This document shows positions 60,378 through 64,000 of a stretch of DNA of 64,000 nucleotides, piece after piece. The DNA comes from the human T2T-CHM13v2.0 reference genome, Homo sapiens. Both the position numbers and the translations under genes were made by a program. The notes beneath the pieces were generated by a model. It was given only the letters and a program-made list of their open reading frames with translations, was not told the origin of the DNA and did not search any database. The stretch lies in assembly GCF_009914755.1 (NCBI RefSeq), contig NC_060925.1; one strand, 5' to 3'. Position 1 is the first letter of the stretch. Each line of letters opens with the position of its first letter.

Positions 60378-62841
60378 ACCCTCCTTGAGACAGCCCTCCA
60401 GTCCAGGCCAAATCTCAGCCTGCCCTTGGTCCGCTGTGGTTGGGCCTGCACCCAAGCCATGAGCACACGCAGCAATTGTGGCAGCAGAAGCTTCCTCTGG
60501 GCTCAGACTCAGGCTGATGCTGCGTCAGGACCTGCCGCGGTCTCGGCTGGGCTTCCTGGGACTCGGTGGTTGTGGGCTGATTGTAAAGCACGGAATGACT
60601 CTTAGAAACTGGGCGTCATTCTTTGTGGTTTTCCAAGCTTGGTCTCTGATGATACTCCAGGTCTTAGGAGACATGCTGAATATTTATTATGCTTACATTC
60701 AAGCAACATTAACCCTTAAGGTTGATGTAGCTCCCCGTCTTTTTTTCCCAGAAGGAGGAGCACTGAAGGAACACTTTTCCAGTATGGATTCTTTCCAGCT
60801 CCGAGAAGCTGGAGGCACACGGATCCCTCGGCCAGCTCTCATCTATGGACGTGCTGTAGTCACAAGGACTGTGACTAAGGCTCAGTCCCTGAGGAGTGCC
60901 TTGGCATGGGCTGCTTTAGGCTGTAAACACCCAGTTTTATCCACTTTATGTGAAGAAAGCCAACAAGGGGCATGGAGTGAGTTCCGCAGGTTTTAGCGGC
61001 TGCGGCGGCTGGTGCTCAGTGGGGATGATGGCGGGAAGGCGCCTCCCTCTGTGGGCCCCGAGGTCTGTGCGGGAATCAGCTCTGCAGCTGTGTCCAGGGG
61101 CAGCCGTAGACCACACACGGCAGGCTCACAGCTCTGTTCCATGAGAACTTTATACACAAAAGCAGACAGGCTGGGCTTGGCCTCTGGATCATAATCTGCT
61201 GACCCCTGGGTAAGAAATTTTAAATATTTACTTATTTCTGTTCAACAGAAGGGGTGATATACTGAGGAGTGAATAATGGGAAAGATCTGATTCGGCTGTA
61301 TCAGGAAGGACTGGTGTAAATTCAACTTATTAACTGAATTCACAGTATTCGTGTTTTATGCCTTTAGGGGTTAAAAATGGGTCACACACGAGCAGCATGC
61401 ACTTCACTGGCGTGGCAGGGCACCTCAGTGTTTACATGTGTGGTTCCCATGCTTACCAGGGCTGGAGGCCCCTGTGAGTAGTGAAGTGCATGTGGAGTTC
61501 TGGATACTTTTCCTGGCTTTCTCTATTTGTGTGAGCTTGTGCAGTTAGAGGTTTGGGCTGAATTTGGGTAGAAATGGGTGGCTCACAGGCTGCAAAAGTT
61601 CTGTGGACACTTTTTCCCCCAGCTGATTAATGTTGTAAATATTAGAATATTGTTACATAAAAGTCTGGATTTTTAGTTTCTTTCACATTGGAATAGCTGC
61701 CAACATTGGGCCTGCATTCATCTCTCTAGGGCAACGTCGGCTGCAGCTGAGATGGCTGCTCCCCGGTGGGGTGTGTGCTCGGCCTGCAGTCCCCGCCCTC
61801 CGGACTCCATTCGCCTCCACTCTCAGGTTTGCACCTCGTCATTGTCTTCTAATTTTGCATCCCTGGACTGCGTGACCTACAAGGCTCTCAGCACAACAAG
61901 ACTCTATGATTCTGTCTATTGGAACAAAAAGCCAGTGAGGCAAGTGTATCATCCTGTTGATGAATTCACAGCATTAACTCTGGGAGTTGGGGACAGTGTG
62001 TATTCTTCCTCCAGACACTCTCTGTTTCTCCTGGATGGAAAGGTTCTGCTACTTGTCCCGTGGTCAGGCCCAGCCAATGGAACGGAATGGAAGTGACTCT
62101 GCCCCTTATTGGCAGAAACTTTAAAAGCCGCACAACGTTCCTGCACCCTCCCCTCTGCCATGAGCCTGGCAGTGCTCAGGATGGGAAAATTATCTCACCT
62201 GGGCCTGAGGATACAGGAGCTACCCCCAGCCTGCAGTGGAAGAGAAGCATGGACAAGTGATTAAACTTTGTGTTTTCAAGCCACAGAGGTTTTTTGAAGT
62301 TGTTTGCTACCATGCTTTGTCCCTACAAACACAGTCATGGAGAAGGCCAGTGGCAGAGCCTGAGCCGTTCGCGCATCTGTTCACCAGTATCCAGAATAAC
62401 AATAGATTTTTGAAACATTCCTGAGAAAATTCTGGGAGTTGCATACCGGCCAGTCTTATTCTCTAAAGTTGTTCCTTCTAAAGGGTGTGATGACCGAAAA
62501 TTTCAGAAAAGCAAACCACCGCTGAAAGGCAACGTTATTTCTGTTGGCAGAAGGCGGCCTGAGCAATCTAGATTTTCCACGGTTCACCAACTAGTTTTTA
62601 AGGAAATATGGCTGTGAGAGGAATAAAACATGATTCCTACCTTTAAGGAACTCAGAGAAGTGAATTAAAGGAAGTCACAGATCAGACAACCAACCACACA
62701 AAGTTTCTAAGAGCAAACTGTTCAGGTCGGCAAGTCACTCTTATCCACTGTTTTGCCTTCTAAGGTTTCAGTTACTCTCAGTCAGTCATGGTCCAAAAAC
62801 ATTAAATGAAAAATTCCAGAAATAAACAATACACACGTGTT
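60378..62841 (+). ncRNA. FAM87B: FAM87-family two-exon lncRNA (5' end approximate)
   Basis: ORF 60478-60996 matches the remembered FAM87A/B predicted peptide. Donor TGG|gtaaga after 61209, acceptor tctctag| before 61730, AATAAA at 62821-62826. It lies divergent to the FBXO25 segment, as FAM87A does on chr8p. Confidence 0.75.
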
Positions 62842-62955
62842 AAATCATGTTTCATTCTGAGTAGCTTGATGAAGTCTCATGCCGTCCCACTCAGCCCCAC
62901 CTGGGGTGTGACACCTCCCTCTGTCGAGCAGATCCACCCTGTCTATACTACCTGC
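62735..62955 (+). mobile_element. MER44 5' part, continuing into the VNTR
   Basis: Colinear with the MER44 at 51966 (aaaattccagaaataaac..ttctg..gatgaa.tctca..ccgtcc). Confidence 0.8.
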
Positions 62956-64000
62956 TTTTCCAGGAGATCCACCCTGTCTAGACTACCTGCGTGGCCAGCA
63001 GATCCACCCTATCTACACTACCTGCTTTTCCAGCAGATCCACCCTGTCTACACTACCTGCCTGTCCAGCAGATCAACACTGTCTACACTACCTGCTTTTC
63101 CAGCAGATCCACACTGTCTACACTACCTGCTTTTCCAGCAGATCCACCCCGTCTACACTACCTGCCTGGCCAGCATATCCACCCTGTCTACACTACCTGC
63201 TTTTCCAGTAGATCTGCCCTATCTACAATACCTGCTTGTCCAGCAGAACCACCCTGTCTATACTACCTGCCTGTCCAGCAGAACCACCCTGTCTATACTA
63301 CCTGCCTGTCCAGCAGATCCACCCTGTCTACACTACCTGCCTGGCCAGCAGATCCGCCCTGTCTATACTACCTGCCGCTCCAGCAGATCCACCCTGTCTA
63401 CACTACCTGCCTGTCCAGCAGACCCGCCCTGTCTACACTACCTGCCTGGTCAGTATATCCACCCTATCTACACTACCTGCCTGGCCAGCATATCCGCCCT
63501 GTCTACACTACCTGCCAGCCCAGCAGATCCGCCCTGTCTACACTACCTGCCTGGCCAGTAGATCCACGCTATCTACACTACCTGCCTGGCCAGCAGATCC
63601 ACCCTGTCAACACTACCTGCTTGTCCAGCAGGTCCACACTGTCTACACTACCTGCCTGTCCAGCAGGTGCACCCTATCTACACTACCTGACTGTCCAGCA
63701 GATCCACCCTGTCTACACTACCTGCCTGTCCAAAAGATCCACCCTGTCTATATTACCTGCCTATACAGCAGAACTACCCTGTCTACACTACCAGCCTCCC
63801 CAGCAGATCCACCCTGTCTATACTACCTGCCTGGCCAGTAGATGCATCCTGTCTTCACTACCTGCTTGTCCAGCAGGTCCACCATGTCTACACTGCCTGC
63901 CTGGCCAGCAGATCCACCCTGTCTACACTACCTGCCTGCAAAGCAGATCCACCCTGTCTACACTACCTGGCTGGCCAGTAGATCCACGCTATCTACACTA
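62921..64000. repeat. 35-bp minisatellite (VNTR), ~30 copies, truncated by window end
   Basis: Unit CAGCAGATCCACCCTGTCTACACTACCTGCCTGTC; for example, units start at 63031 and 63066. Confidence 0.97.

Noticed and set aside
62806-63841. 251- and 201-aa ORFs, and a CRISPR-like look of the 35-bp repeat
   Set aside because: The ORFs are translations of the VNTR. Repeats are head-to-tail with no unique spacers, there are no cas genes, and the DNA is primate.

Overview
This is human or great-ape genomic DNA: dense in Alu and L1, with no intact protein-coding gene that I can support. It is a segmental-duplication mosaic. From recollection (not a database search), it matches the chr1p36.33 subtelomeric block LOC100288069 / LINC01409 / FAM87B or a close paralog. 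From left to right: (1) an unprocessed GTF2I pseudogene fragment on the - strand, with 4 exons, a frameshift, a stop, an Alu inside one exon and apparently swapped exon order. One intron holds a ~4.6 kb GC-rich, polyadenylated insert with a candidate target-site duplication (TSD). (2) A bidirectional CpG-island promoter with two tandem CRE sites, bracketed by inverted chimeric Alus. (3) A single SEPTIN7-derived exon on the + strand. (4) A solo LTR7 (HERV-H) ~1 kb upstream of a ~5.3 kb (GGAAT)n HSat3 island. (5) An FBXO25-derived segment on the - strand with three in-frame exons. (6) A FAM87-type two-exon lncRNA. (7) A 35-bp minisatellite that appears to have grown out of a MER44 DNA transposon and runs off the window end. 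I found no evidence of a new multi-gene system. The best leads are the GTF2I exon shuffle, the retro-insert, the LTR7/CpG island pointing into HSat3, and the MER44-derived VNTR. Protein comparisons rely on remembered reference sequences, and most repeat boundaries are approximate.
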